From positions 145,956 through 209,955 of the forward strand of contig CBDFGE010000001.1 of NCBI GenBank assembly GCA_965247055.1: a stretch of DNA of 64,000 bases, given 5' to 3'. Below are positions 55,750 through 64,000 of the stretch, in pieces; position 1 is the first letter of the stretch; each line of letters opens with the position of its first letter. A model generated the notes under the pieces. It had not been told where the DNA came from and did not search any database. It saw only the letters and a program-made list of their open reading frames with translations. This DNA is from Dehalococcoidia bacterium (GTDB taxonomy: Bacteria > Chloroflexota > Dehalococcoidia > Lucifugimonadales > JAGWBF01). The translations under genes were made by a program, and so were the position numbers.

Positions 55750-57195
55750 GATGGAGAGCCGGAGGCTCTTGGAGTCTGACCCGGGGTCGCCTGACTAACC
55801 CCTCCTACCCTATAGAGACCTTCCAGCGAAAAGTTCGCAGTAGAGCCTGATGCTCCTATAGATGTCAAGGAGTGCTGTGGGATAGGGCTGGTTCCGTAGG
55901 ACGGAGAAGACCTCGCGAGCGACATAGCGTTTGAGGCAGCGGATCACCTCAGCCTTGCTCATTCCCTCGGTGGTGCGACGACGCATGTATGCCTGGGTCC
56001 GCTCATCATGACGAAGTCTGACGACAACAATGCGATGGAGTGCCGCGTTGGCCTGGCGGTGGCCGCCTCGGTTGAGCCGATGCCTGTTGGTCTTGCCGGA
56101 GGAAGCAGGGATGGGATTGACACCGCACAGGGAGGCGAAGGCAGCCTCGGAGTGGAGGCGGTCAGGGTTACTCCCGGCAGCAATGAGGAGGGTCGCCGCC
56201 GTGTCTGGTCCTATGCCGAAGCCATCCACCAGGGCTGGGGCTGCCGTCCGTGTGAGTCGTTGGATCTCGGCCTCCAGGTCCTTTATCTCATTACCGAGTT
56301 GACGGTAGCGACGGGCAAGGGAGCGAAGAGCATACTTGGCCGCCGCGGTGGGACCCTCCATACGACCAGGCCGGAAGCTCTTGGACCGGGTGACAAGGGC
56401 AGCAGTGGTGAGGCCAGTGAGGTGCTCACGAAGCCGGGCCGGGGCCGTGACAACCAGGGCCTTCATCTGGTTGATTGCCTGGGTGCGAGCCTTGACGGCC
56501 GAGTCCTTGGTGCTCTTGAACATACGGATCATTTCGACTTCACCCTCACCTGACTTGGGAGTGGCATCGGCTACTCCGGCAAGCACGGCACGCGCTGCCA
56601 TCTCCGCATCAGTGGGATCGCTCTTCCCCTTCCGATAGCGGGTTGACCGGTCGGGCCGGTTGACCTCCACTACGGTATGGCCCCTACTGGTCAGGAATCG
56701 GGCGACTCCGGCACCGTAGGAACCGGTGCCTTCAATCCCGAAGGCATGAATCTCTCCCAGGCTCCGGGACCACCGTTCGAGCTCCTCATACCCATGGGTG
56801 GTCGCCACTGTGTGAAGCTCCCCAAGGCGGACCCCCTGACGGTCAATGGCCACCGCCACATGCTCATCCTGGTGGGTGTCGACTCCGACGACCAGCTCAA
56901 CATCACGACTACCTTTATGACCGACGACTCCTGTCATTTCTACCTCCCGGAGGATTGTGCGCCGGCCAGGTGAGCGGACAAGACTGCGATGGGGCGTGGG
57001 GCCAGGCTCCTATAAGGTCACTGCTCGCCTTGCCGAGGGCACTTCTGGCGCCACCTCGAATCGAGTCGACAGATCAGGCTGAAGGCATGACGCCAGTCTC
57101 AGAAAGGGTCAGGCCCGAGCCGAGGTGGCCCGGGATTCATCATCGCAGTCTCAGAAGTCCCCTCCACTTGATTTGCACTATGCGAGACAGTCTGG
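55750..57195 (-). mobile_element. IS110-family element (the boundaries are approximate and not determined)
   Basis: Contains an IS110-type DEDD recombinase gene plus about 250 nt of structured upstream non-coding DNA. This family lacks classical IRs, so the ends cannot be fixed from one copy. Confidence 0.35.
55810..56937 (-). CDS. IS110-family transposase/recombinase (DEDD + Transposase_20 domains)
   Basis: VVGVDTHQDEHVAVAID, FGIEGTGSYG, GIGPDTAATLL and SGKTNRHRLNRGGHRQAN are canonical IS110 motifs. Confidence 0.9.
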   Translation of the reverse strand: MTGVVGHKGSRDVELVVGVDTHQDEHVAVAIDRQGVRLGELHTVATTHGYEELERWSRSLGEIHAFGIEGTGSYGAGVARFLTSRGHTVVEVNRPDRSTRYRKGKSDPTDAEMAARAVLAGVADATPKSGEGEVEMIRMFKSTKDSAVKARTQAINQMKALVVTAPARLREHLTGLTTAALVTRSKSFRPGRMEGPTAAAKYALRSLARRYRQLGNEIKDLEAEIQRLTRTAAPALVDGFGIGPDTAATLLIAAGSNPDRLHSEAAFASLCGVNPIPASSGKTNRHRLNRGGHRQANAALHRIVVVRLRHDERTQAYMRRRTTEGMSKAEVIRCLKRYVAREVFSVLRNQPYPTALLDIYRSIRLYCELFAGRSL

Positions 57196-57215
57196 ATTCC
57201 GGCGTACGCCGGAAT
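57196..57215. repeat. perfect 20-bp palindrome ATTCCGGCGTACGCCGGAAT (hairpin repeat ending GAATGAC)
   Basis: Read directly. It shares the GAATGAC terminus with the element at 38834..38927. Confidence 0.85.
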
Positions 57216-57564
57216 GACGTGATTGAGATATGGCGTCAGGTCCGTCATCTCGTCGAAAGACGGAATACAGAACATTGAGACTCTGGAAATGTCAGCTTTA
57301 TGAGACAAGCTCAGTACGGTACGCTTAGGCCCACCATTTCCGGCCGTGGTGTACTGTAGACAGTAACCCTTGCTGGGGCCACCAAGGCAAAGGCATCCGG
57401 GGTCAGGTAACCCAGAGCACCGTGGGGCAGTTTCCACTCCGCTGACAGGAATCCCAATAGATCTGTCTGCTACACTGTCAGTTGGCCAAGTGTTCCGAAA
57501 ATCTCCTGTGAGATTTCATACAATTGTTGGAATCCATTATGCCTATCGGCCCCCGAAGAGAGAC

Positions 57565-57873
57565 ATGACAGAGGATCAGTACCGGGAAATGTTTGAGACC
57601 ATGGGGATAGAGGCCAGGGAACTCCGCCATGTACTACGCTATGGGGGCCTGCCTAGGCGAGTGTACTTCAATCGCAATAAGGATGTCGGCATCTACTTCT
57701 CAGCCCATGGGGATGATGAGGCGTGGTATCCGAGCAACCTGTGGGAGAAGATAGACCCCTACCGAGTCCAAAAGGCGGACCACAAGCGGCTGAATGTTGT
57801 TCCTAGGCCTCGAATGGCAACCGGGGCGTTTCGGAACCTCGTTTTGAATTGGGAAAAGCACGAAGGACAATAA
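57565..57873 (+). CDS. hypothetical protein
   Basis: 102-aa ORF from the internal ATG. Lower-GC island context, no motif recognised. Confidence 0.4.
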   Translation: MTEDQYREMFETMGIEARELRHVLRYGGLPRRVYFNRNKDVGIYFSAHGDDEAWYPSNLWEKIDPYRVQKADHKRLNVVPRPRMATGAFRNLVLNWEKHEGQ

Positions 57874-57924
57874 ACCCCCATCTACCACTCATACGTGCGT
57901 TAAGGGGAACATCGCCGAAATTAT

Positions 57925-58113
57925 ATGCCGGAACTAATACCATGTAGAGTGTGTAAGAAGGAGATGGCGTCATCCGCCAAGCAGTGTCCGCATTGTGGAG
58001 ACCCTAATCCCAATCACAAGGAGCCTCTCGACCATTGGGGTTGTTTAGGAGCTGTTGTAGTAGTAGTGGTGTCTATCATCATACTGTTATTCTTAGGGAA
58101 CCCTTTTGGATAA
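57925..58113 (+). CDS. small zinc-ribbon protein with a C-terminal TM helix
   Basis: CRVC...CPHC followed by GAVVVVVVSIIILLFLG. Confidence 0.5.
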   Translation: MPELIPCRVCKKEMASSAKQCPHCGDPNPNHKEPLDHWGCLGAVVVVVVSIIILLFLGNPFG

Positions 58114-58169
58114 AAAAGCTTTGGTTCCCTATTAGGTATGTGGACAGTGTCATCGCCACGTGACTGAAG

Positions 58170-58982
58170 GTGGCATCGCGAGTCTGGAGAGGATCAATCT
58201 TGTTGAAAGAGCGGGCAAGCCTTGACGAAGCGATAGCGAAGGCTTGGTGCGCCTACGACAACGCGGCGGAGTTGTCGGTGCGCGTTAAGCCCGCCGCGCC
58301 GATTCTGTTCTTTGGTGACCTCGGTGCGTACAGGGTATCCACACTGCGTGTACTGACTGTGGGGTTGAATCCCTCGCTACAGGAATTCCCGGCGGATAGG
58401 CCGTTCTCACGCTTTCCGTTAGACGAGGGTACCGCGGGCCGTGGCCGCGATCACTACCTTTATGCCCTATCGTCCTACTTCCGCACCAACCCTTATCGCG
58501 CCTGGTTCAGAGCATTCGAGCCCTTACTTAACGGCGCTGGAGCCAGCTACTACGAAGGCTTCACCTCGACAGCGCTCCATACCGACATCTGCTCACCCGT
58601 CGCCACCGATCCGACTTGGAGCAAACTCGGCGATGTCGACCGGTCCACACTTGAAGCCGATGGCGGTCCGCTTTGGCACATGCTGCTGAAGATACTGGAG
58701 CCCCAGATCGTGGTCCTGTCCGTCGCAAAGCGCCACCTTGAGCGCATAGCGTTTGAGCCGCAAGGCAACGAGTGGACTGCCATCCACACTTTCGATCGGA
58801 CTGGGGGCGGCGCACCTCGCTCGCGGCCGTACGAGGTCATGGCACGCTGGTACGATGTCGACGGCAAGCCGTCGCTGTTCATCTTCGGTCCAGCCGCTCA
58901 GACCCCGTTTGGCCTAATCTCCGATCCCCAGAAGGGCAAGGTAGGGGCCATCCTGCGGGAGGTATGTCGGAATGGACGATAG
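58170..58982 (+). CDS. hypothetical protein, possibly uracil-DNA-glycosylase-superfamily-like fold
   Basis: ILFFGD...RVLTVGLNPS loosely resembles the GINPG-type motif of MUG/TDG-type UDGs. The likely start is TTG 58200, after ggagagga. The functional call is weak. Confidence 0.45.
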   Translation: MASRVWRGSILLKERASLDEAIAKAWCAYDNAAELSVRVKPAAPILFFGDLGAYRVSTLRVLTVGLNPSLQEFPADRPFSRFPLDEGTAGRGRDHYLYALSSYFRTNPYRAWFRAFEPLLNGAGASYYEGFTSTALHTDICSPVATDPTWSKLGDVDRSTLEADGGPLWHMLLKILEPQIVVLSVAKRHLERIAFEPQGNEWTAIHTFDRTGGGAPRSRPYEVMARWYDVDGKPSLFIFGPAAQTPFGLISDPQKGKVGAILREVCRNGR

Positions 58983-59844
58983 ACGATGTTTCGTTCAGTT
59001 CCCGCACCCCGGGCGCGAACATGAACCCGACCGCGACGGCGGAAAGACATGGAACAAAAGCAATCGTAGCCATAGGCGAAAATTCATGCGGTTTCGTGGC
59101 GAGTGGATCGAACGGGACGGCGGCAAGCGCACTGGGGACCTGTACGCGTGGGGTGAGTGGGAACCGGAATCAGAGCTCATCCGAGAACTGCATCAGCCGG
59201 TCGGGGACTCGCAGTATCCCCGATACCTGTGGCGCCCGTACTATATGCCGAAGAACGATTACCAAGGACTGCACAACACCGACCCGTTCATCTTCGGCGA
59301 ACGCTTTTTGTATTCGAATTGCGGTCAGGGGAGCAAGCCGGGCTTGACGCGTCTGGGCGACGGTTCCATAATCGCCTTCGGGAGCGGCAAGGAAATCATG
59401 GGAGAGCGGCGGTGGATGCTTGATACCGTGCTCGTGGTCAAGGACTCAGTCGAATACTGCCCTCCCGAGGCGTCCACGGCACTGGATGAATGGGCACCGG
59501 AGGACGCATTCTGGGTTGCTACCGGAGGACTCCTGACCGACAGCGGCCGACTATACCGGGGAGCAACACCCGACGACCCGGTCGACGGGATGTTTAGCTT
59601 CTTCCCCGCAATTCCGGCGGGCAGTGATGGGGGCTTCTCACGGCCGCTCATCGACCTTCCGAGCGACTACTTTAACGCGCGGAATTGGCAGGCCCCAAAG
59701 GGGCTTTGGCGCGACCGCACCGCCGAGGAACTGCACGGTCTCTGGTACTCCCTGGTATCGCAAGTCCGTGCTAAGGGCCTCGTTCTAGGCACATACGCCG
59801 AACCGCCGGAGTGCCGGGCGCGAACGGCCACCGTAATGGTTTAG
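58972..59844 (+). CDS. hypothetical protein (conserved-looking, unknown function)
   Basis: 290-aa ORF overlapping the upstream gene by 11 nt. Starts MDDRRCFVQFPHPGREHEP and contains HNTDPFIFG and YSNCGQG segments. No family recognised with confidence. Confidence 0.55.
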   Translation: MDDRRCFVQFPHPGREHEPDRDGGKTWNKSNRSHRRKFMRFRGEWIERDGGKRTGDLYAWGEWEPESELIRELHQPVGDSQYPRYLWRPYYMPKNDYQGLHNTDPFIFGERFLYSNCGQGSKPGLTRLGDGSIIAFGSGKEIMGERRWMLDTVLVVKDSVEYCPPEASTALDEWAPEDAFWVATGGLLTDSGRLYRGATPDDPVDGMFSFFPAIPAGSDGGFSRPLIDLPSDYFNARNWQAPKGLWRDRTAEELHGLWYSLVSQVRAKGLVLGTYAEPPECRARTATVMV

Positions 59845-60045
59845 ATACGTAACGAAGTTGTCACCAACCCGAGCCTCTGCGAGAGGTTCACGAAGCGGTT
59901 GTCGCGCACCTTCGAAAGGCTGCCCATCCGGTAATTCGACCCTGCGCCTGCCCCATTTGAAGCCAGTGAGCGCCTGCCACCCTCCCGCACCGACCCTGAC
60001 ATGTGAAGGTTGCCGCCGTCGCCTCTCCTTCATTACGCTCAACAC

Positions 60046-61758
60046 ATGGCCCTGTCAGACCGACAGTTACTTGACTCCCTCAGCAGGATGCCCTTCATCG
60101 ACTCGGCGGAGCTGGCGCTCGTTCTCGGCGAGCCGCACGCCACAGTCCACCGCGCCCTGACCAGCCTGCTGGCCGACGGCATCGCCGGGAGGGTCAGCCA
60201 CGGCACCGTGCACCTGCCTTCGAGCCAGCGATACCACCTGACGGCCAACGGCATCGGCGAAGCGGCCGGGATTCTCGACTTCAAGACGCCCTCGGACTTC
60301 GTGCGGGCCTACCCCGTTTCCAGGGAGTGGCTGGCGCTGCTCATCCGCCGCATGGACGCGGTGGCCTCCGTCTATCGTCTCGCTGCCGCGCTCTCCCCAG
60401 GCATCGGCTCCCACCGGTCACACGTGGAGTTCCACCGCAGGGGCCGCTTCGACGCCACCATCACCCTCCACGACGGGCGCAGCTTCGGCGTGGTCCGCCA
60501 GGGTCTGGCACTGAGGCGTCGTTCCCTCTACGACCGCCTGCGGGCCGTAGCGGAGTATGACTACACGCGCCGCCCCGACACCGTTCTAATCCTTGTGCCC
60601 AGCGTCTGGGAGGAGAGACTGACGGGGAGGTTCTGCGAGCGCAACTATCTCAGGGATTCCTACATCGCCGTGGAGTCCAGGGAGGTTCTCGAAAGACGGG
60701 ACCGGCGCGTCTGGCAGCGAACCACGGGGCTGTTCGGGAGCACGTACCACACTCTCGATTTTGTGAGTTCACAGGGCGGCACCGGCGGAGCGCTTCATAC
60801 GGAGTCGCCGGAGCGGAAGCGGGCCTTGATACCCAATCCTGAGCGGATGGTGCAGGCTGCGCCGACCTTCGGGGTCAGCCCTTCGGAGAAGCGGATTCTC
60901 GACATGGTGACGGACCACCCGATGATGCCCCGTGACCACCTTGCGTGCTGGCTTGGTGTTTCGGAAGGGCGGATCAGCCAGATGATGCACAGCCTCGTCG
61001 ATACATGGGGCCTGATCGAGCGCCGGGGAAAACGCGGAGACACTCGCTACACGTTGTCCGCTGAAGGCATTCGCTACGTCACCCACAGGGACCGCGCCCA
61101 GCTTTCCACGACGCAGGGTATATGGAGCACGGCCCTCACCACCGACAAACAGGGCCGCAGGCGTCACGTGGGCCACCGCATCGAGACGTGGGCGCGTCAG
61201 ACGAAGCACGCAGACGGCATCACGTGGTTCCTCTCGAAGCTTCAGTCTGAGGCCAGGGCCGACCCTGACAGCGAGCTGCTGTGGTCGGTTCCAACCGCGA
61301 GATCCGACCGGGCCTACAACTGGGGTCAGTCGGCCATCGCCCCAGACGCCGTGGGGAAGATGGTCGCAGAGGGCCTTGAGATACCGTTCTACCTGGAGTA
61401 CGAGCTTCGCACCCGTCACCCCGAAGGAGTCATTGCCCGCCTGAGTCCCTACACGCGCTACTACTGGTCCACCGAGCCGGGCGAAGACCAGCCCCCGTTC
61501 CCCACCACGCTGTTCGTCGTCGACACCGAGGAGGTCGAGGACACCTACGTCCGCACCGCCGCCCTGAGGAGCCGGATGTCGCTGCCCATCCTCGTGTCGT
61601 GCATCCCCATGCTGTCCACCGCAGGAATACTCGGAAAGTCATGGCGTCCACTCTGGGAACCGGACTCACCGAGACTGCCTCTGTCCCGGCTGAGCGCCTA
61701 CCAGTGGGACAGTCTCTACCACCGGATGCGTCAGCGTCCTGTAGGGGGGAATAGGTAG
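60046..61758 (+). CDS. two-module winged-helix / replication-relaxation-like protein
   Basis: Two wHTH-like segments: LALVLGEPHATVHRALTSLLADG and LACWLGVSEGRISQMMHSLVDTWGLIER. The second is followed by APDAVG...FYLEYELRT, reminiscent of the Replic_Relax family. Confidence 0.55.
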   Translation: MALSDRQLLDSLSRMPFIDSAELALVLGEPHATVHRALTSLLADGIAGRVSHGTVHLPSSQRYHLTANGIGEAAGILDFKTPSDFVRAYPVSREWLALLIRRMDAVASVYRLAAALSPGIGSHRSHVEFHRRGRFDATITLHDGRSFGVVRQGLALRRRSLYDRLRAVAEYDYTRRPDTVLILVPSVWEERLTGRFCERNYLRDSYIAVESREVLERRDRRVWQRTTGLFGSTYHTLDFVSSQGGTGGALHTESPERKRALIPNPERMVQAAPTFGVSPSEKRILDMVTDHPMMPRDHLACWLGVSEGRISQMMHSLVDTWGLIERRGKRGDTRYTLSAEGIRYVTHRDRAQLSTTQGIWSTALTTDKQGRRRHVGHRIETWARQTKHADGITWFLSKLQSEARADPDSELLWSVPTARSDRAYNWGQSAIAPDAVGKMVAEGLEIPFYLEYELRTRHPEGVIARLSPYTRYYWSTEPGEDQPPFPTTLFVVDTEEVEDTYVRTAALRSRMSLPILVSCIPMLSTAGILGKSWRPLWEPDSPRLPLSRLSAYQWDSLYHRMRQRPVGGNR

Positions 61759-62312
61759 GGCCGATGCGTCCCTACCTCCCCGATATGCTGAATGGGGGTT
61801 GCAAAACGGTACATCCTGGCCTGTCGGCAAGGTCTTGAGGGGGCGCAATGCGCCCCATTTGCCCCTGATTCAGCTACGAAGTGGGCTGCCGGACCCTCTG
61901 ACCGGTCAGCGCCTGACAATACAAATGAGTGGGAAGCCATGCTAAACTACGATGCCTCTTCGACGACGACTTGTTTGCACTCTTGCAGCCGTTGACATGT
62001 CAGCATGTAGCGAGGAAACAGCTACGGATGGGCCTGTCCGGGGGAGCCGGAGGGTTGATGCGGACAGGATTTGGAGTGTTGGCGACGATGGCGGCCCAGT
62101 TTGGCCCATCGGTTTTGGCGCGAAACGATGTCGGGGTGCGTGACATGATTTTGGGGAATGGGTAGGAGCGGACATCCTGGGCCAGCCAGCTAACGCTTTC
62201 TGCCACATTCGGGGTGTATTGACCGAAATCTGTTAGCAGTATCTGTAAAGGGCTGGTTCCACCGAAAAATGGATGAAATTGCAAAAGCGGCCACCCCATG
62301 TAGAAAACGGAA

Positions 62313-62675
62313 ATGACTCCTGGGAAGCCAAAGAGCAACGGCGGGCCAGCATCGCGGGCCGACGACAGTCAGCCCGACCTCAAGTGGGTTGTGGAGTGGC
62401 TCGTTGAGCGGGAGGGACAGCGCCGGACGGCGGCCCTTCTGGGAGTGAACCGGAAGACAGTGGCGCTGTCCCTGCGCCGGGAGCGACTGACGGGCAGGAT
62501 GACCCTGGCCGTGCAGCGACTCATGGCCAACCTGGACGACCCCGGATGGGAGAGAACGACGCCACTGGACCGTAGCTGCCGATGCCCCATCGCGCAATCC
62601 AAAGCCCATGTTCCAATCACACCCGCGAACGCCACTGCCATTTTGTCCACTTTCGTAGCTGCGACTGTCCAGTAG
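62313..62675 (+). CDS. hypothetical protein with a possible HTH
   Basis: 120-aa ORF. RTAALLGVNRKTVALSLRR looks HTH-like. Coding status is uncertain. Confidence 0.3.
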   Translation: MTPGKPKSNGGPASRADDSQPDLKWVVEWLVEREGQRRTAALLGVNRKTVALSLRRERLTGRMTLAVQRLMANLDDPGWERTTPLDRSCRCPIAQSKAHVPITPANATAILSTFVAATVQ

Positions 62676-62977
62676 GGGTGGAACGAGTACCGGAATCAAA
62701 TTGCTCGCTCCGATTTAGCAGGATGCCCCATTCACCCCGATTTCAGATACGGAATCGCCCGAACTGCGACTTGGTGTCCCGTGCGATCTCCTGTACACGG
62801 GTATGACACCGCCAGCGACCCCTGGCATCTCACGCCTTCTGAGGGGGGGCTGTGCGTGTGAGCCCTACCCGGTCCGTTGCCGTTGTCCAGGCGCTTGCGC
62901 TGGAGTCACTAACTCACTACAATGTATCTGGACATCTACCCTCCGGCTAGGGCAAGCTGAGACGAAGGAGGCACGAC

Positions 62978-63382
62978 ATGGCCGTAGACCAGAAGGACAA
63001 GTACCGAGAAATGGTGATCCGAGGCAAGTACCAGAGACTGTACACGTACCTGAGCAGTCTTCAGGTGCAGGAGTGGAGGACCTCCTTTAGGGAGATGGAG
63101 ACGGTCATCGGATTCGTACTGCCTCCGTCCGCACGGCTGCACCGGCCCTGGTGGGGAAATCAGAGAGGCGGCAATGGCCACAGCCACGCCCTTGCCTGGA
63201 GCGTCGCCGGCTGGGAGACGGCGGAGGTCGATATGGATGGCGAGATGCTGCTGTTCCGGCGAACGCACCCGAAGCCCATACCCAGGCTCTCTCTCGACGA
63301 GGCGTGGCCCGTCCACCCCACCGCGGTGTGGCCGGAAGGTCTGAGCCTCAGACGTGAGGACCTCTACGAGGAGAGGGTTTAG
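62978..63382 (+). CDS. hypothetical protein, likely partner (antitoxin-position) of the downstream PIN gene
   Basis: KYQRLYTYLSSL...SFREMETVIGFVLPPSARLHRPWWGN...AWSVAGWE is a motif pattern I recall from small proteins in mobile or TA contexts. Ends 7 nt before the PIN start. Confidence 0.5.
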   Translation: MAVDQKDKYREMVIRGKYQRLYTYLSSLQVQEWRTSFREMETVIGFVLPPSARLHRPWWGNQRGGNGHSHALAWSVAGWETAEVDMDGEMLLFRRTHPKPIPRLSLDEAWPVHPTAVWPEGLSLRREDLYEERV

Positions 63383-63389
63383 TCCCGCC

Positions 63390-63812
63390 ATGTTCATAGA
63401 CACCAACGTGCTGGTGAAGTCCCGTGTCCCCAGCGCGCCTGACCACGACGCGGCCAGGGCCAGCTTGGAACGTGCTTTTCGAGACCCTGAACCGCTAAGG
63501 ATCAGCCGTCAGGTGATACGAGAGTACCTGGCCGTCGTCACTCGACCGCAGACCTGGCCAGTGGCCATCACCCGTGAGGATGCCCTGGATGACGTGAGCA
63601 GGCTGATAGGCAGCTTCGAGATACTCGAGGACGGTCCCGTGGTGACCGAATCGCTCGTGGGGCTGTGTCGAGAGATTCCCGCGGGGGGACGGCAGATTCA
63701 CGACGCCAACATCGTCGCAACCATGCTGGCGCATGGGGAGCGCAGGCTATTGACGTTCAACGCCGCAGACTTCCGCCGTTACGGTGACCGCATAGAGCTG
63801 GTGGACGGGTAG
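63390..63812 (+). CDS. vapC: PIN-domain ribonuclease (VapC-like toxin)
   Basis: MFIDTNVLV (first acidic residue), REYLAV, and HDANIVATML (the late Asp) fit the PIN pattern. 140 aa. Confidence 0.78.
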   Translation: MFIDTNVLVKSRVPSAPDHDAARASLERAFRDPEPLRISRQVIREYLAVVTRPQTWPVAITREDALDDVSRLIGSFEILEDGPVVTESLVGLCREIPAGGRQIHDANIVATMLAHGERRLLTFNAADFRRYGDRIELVDG

Positions 63813-63848
63813 CAGGTTGGGTTGGAAGCAATCACTGAGGAGGACAGC

Positions 63849-64000
63849 ATGAAGAAGGACCTACAGCCGCTCACACCGGCGGCACTCTACGCCAGGGTCT
63901 CCAGCGAGCGGCAGGACGTGGACCTGTCCGTGTCCGCCCAGCTCAGGGCGCTCAAGGACTACGCCAAGGCCAACGGCTACTCCGTAGCCCGCGAGTACGT
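63849..64000 (+). CDS. serine recombinase (resolvase/invertase catalytic domain), N-terminal part; continues beyond the window
   Basis: ALYARVSSERQDVDLSVSAQLRALKDYAKANGYSV contains the catalytic-Ser motif (R-V-S-S-x-x-Q). RBS gaggagga upstream. Confidence 0.85.
   Translation, partial: MKKDLQPLTPAALYARVSSERQDVDLSVSAQLRALKDYAKANGYSVAREY

Noticed and set aside
57285-57302. GGAAATGTCAGCTTTATG, and TGTTCCGAAAAT near 57491, resembling the IR core of the ISNCY-like element at 12.7 kb.
   Set aside because: The matches are short, interrupted by indels, and not arranged as an inverted pair with flanking duplications. They could be a decayed remnant but cannot be supported.
57328-57336. 9-nt match (GGCCCACCA) to the 3' end of tRNA-Ile, as a possible att repeat delimiting a smaller island 53452..57336.
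   Set aside because: It is too short to distinguish from chance in about 10 kb. No integrase is associated, and the match does not extend into the T-arm.
1-64000. CRISPR arrays, rRNA genes, tmRNA and common riboswitches (TPP, purine, SAM, cobalamin).
   Set aside because: Reading the intergenic regions showed no regularly spaced direct repeats and no recognisable conserved cores. This is a by-eye negative, not a covariance-model search.

Overview
GC-rich bacterial chromosomal window. The gene content (type-A RNase P RNA, several luciferase-like/F420-type oxidoreductases, a CaiB-type CoA-transferase, SDRs) looks Chloroflexota-like, but that is inference only. No searches were run: all calls come from reading the supplied translations and the DNA by eye.

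Core content:
- A purine cluster: purD', purE, an MtnX-like HAD phosphatase, purB, purC, two tandem DUF3105 paralogs, purS.
- A convergent histidine operon: hisS/Z-like, hisG (long form), a PLC-like metallohydrolase, hisD, hisC, hisB.
- A lipid-type block: PHP protein, HadA/HadB-like dehydratases, birA, two SDRs.
- rnpB.
- A CysRS-GT2 fusion followed by a PIG-L deacetylase.
- gatC, gatA and asnS.
- A 2-oxoacid dehydrogenase block: lipB, E2, E1beta, E1alpha, plus an AceE-like homodimeric E1.
- Many redox and hydrolase genes.

Mobile DNA:
- An ISNCY-like IS splits an SDR-like gene. The 6-bp target duplication allows an exact in-frame reconstruction.
- An IS256-family IS splits a class III nucleotidyl cyclase. 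The 7-bp duplication also gives an in-frame reconstruction.
- An IS110-family element lies in the island.
- From a lone tRNA-Ile(GAU) at 53.4 kb to the window end, a lower-GC island carries unknown genes, a PIN toxin pair and a serine recombinase.

Most interesting candidates:
- The CysRS-GT2 + PIG-L module, which has the enzyme logic of mycothiol/bacillithiol synthesis.
- The metallohydrolase embedded in the his operon, a candidate for the missing histidinol-phosphate phosphatase.
- An overlapping pair of unknown genes (UDG-fold-like plus unknown) in the island.
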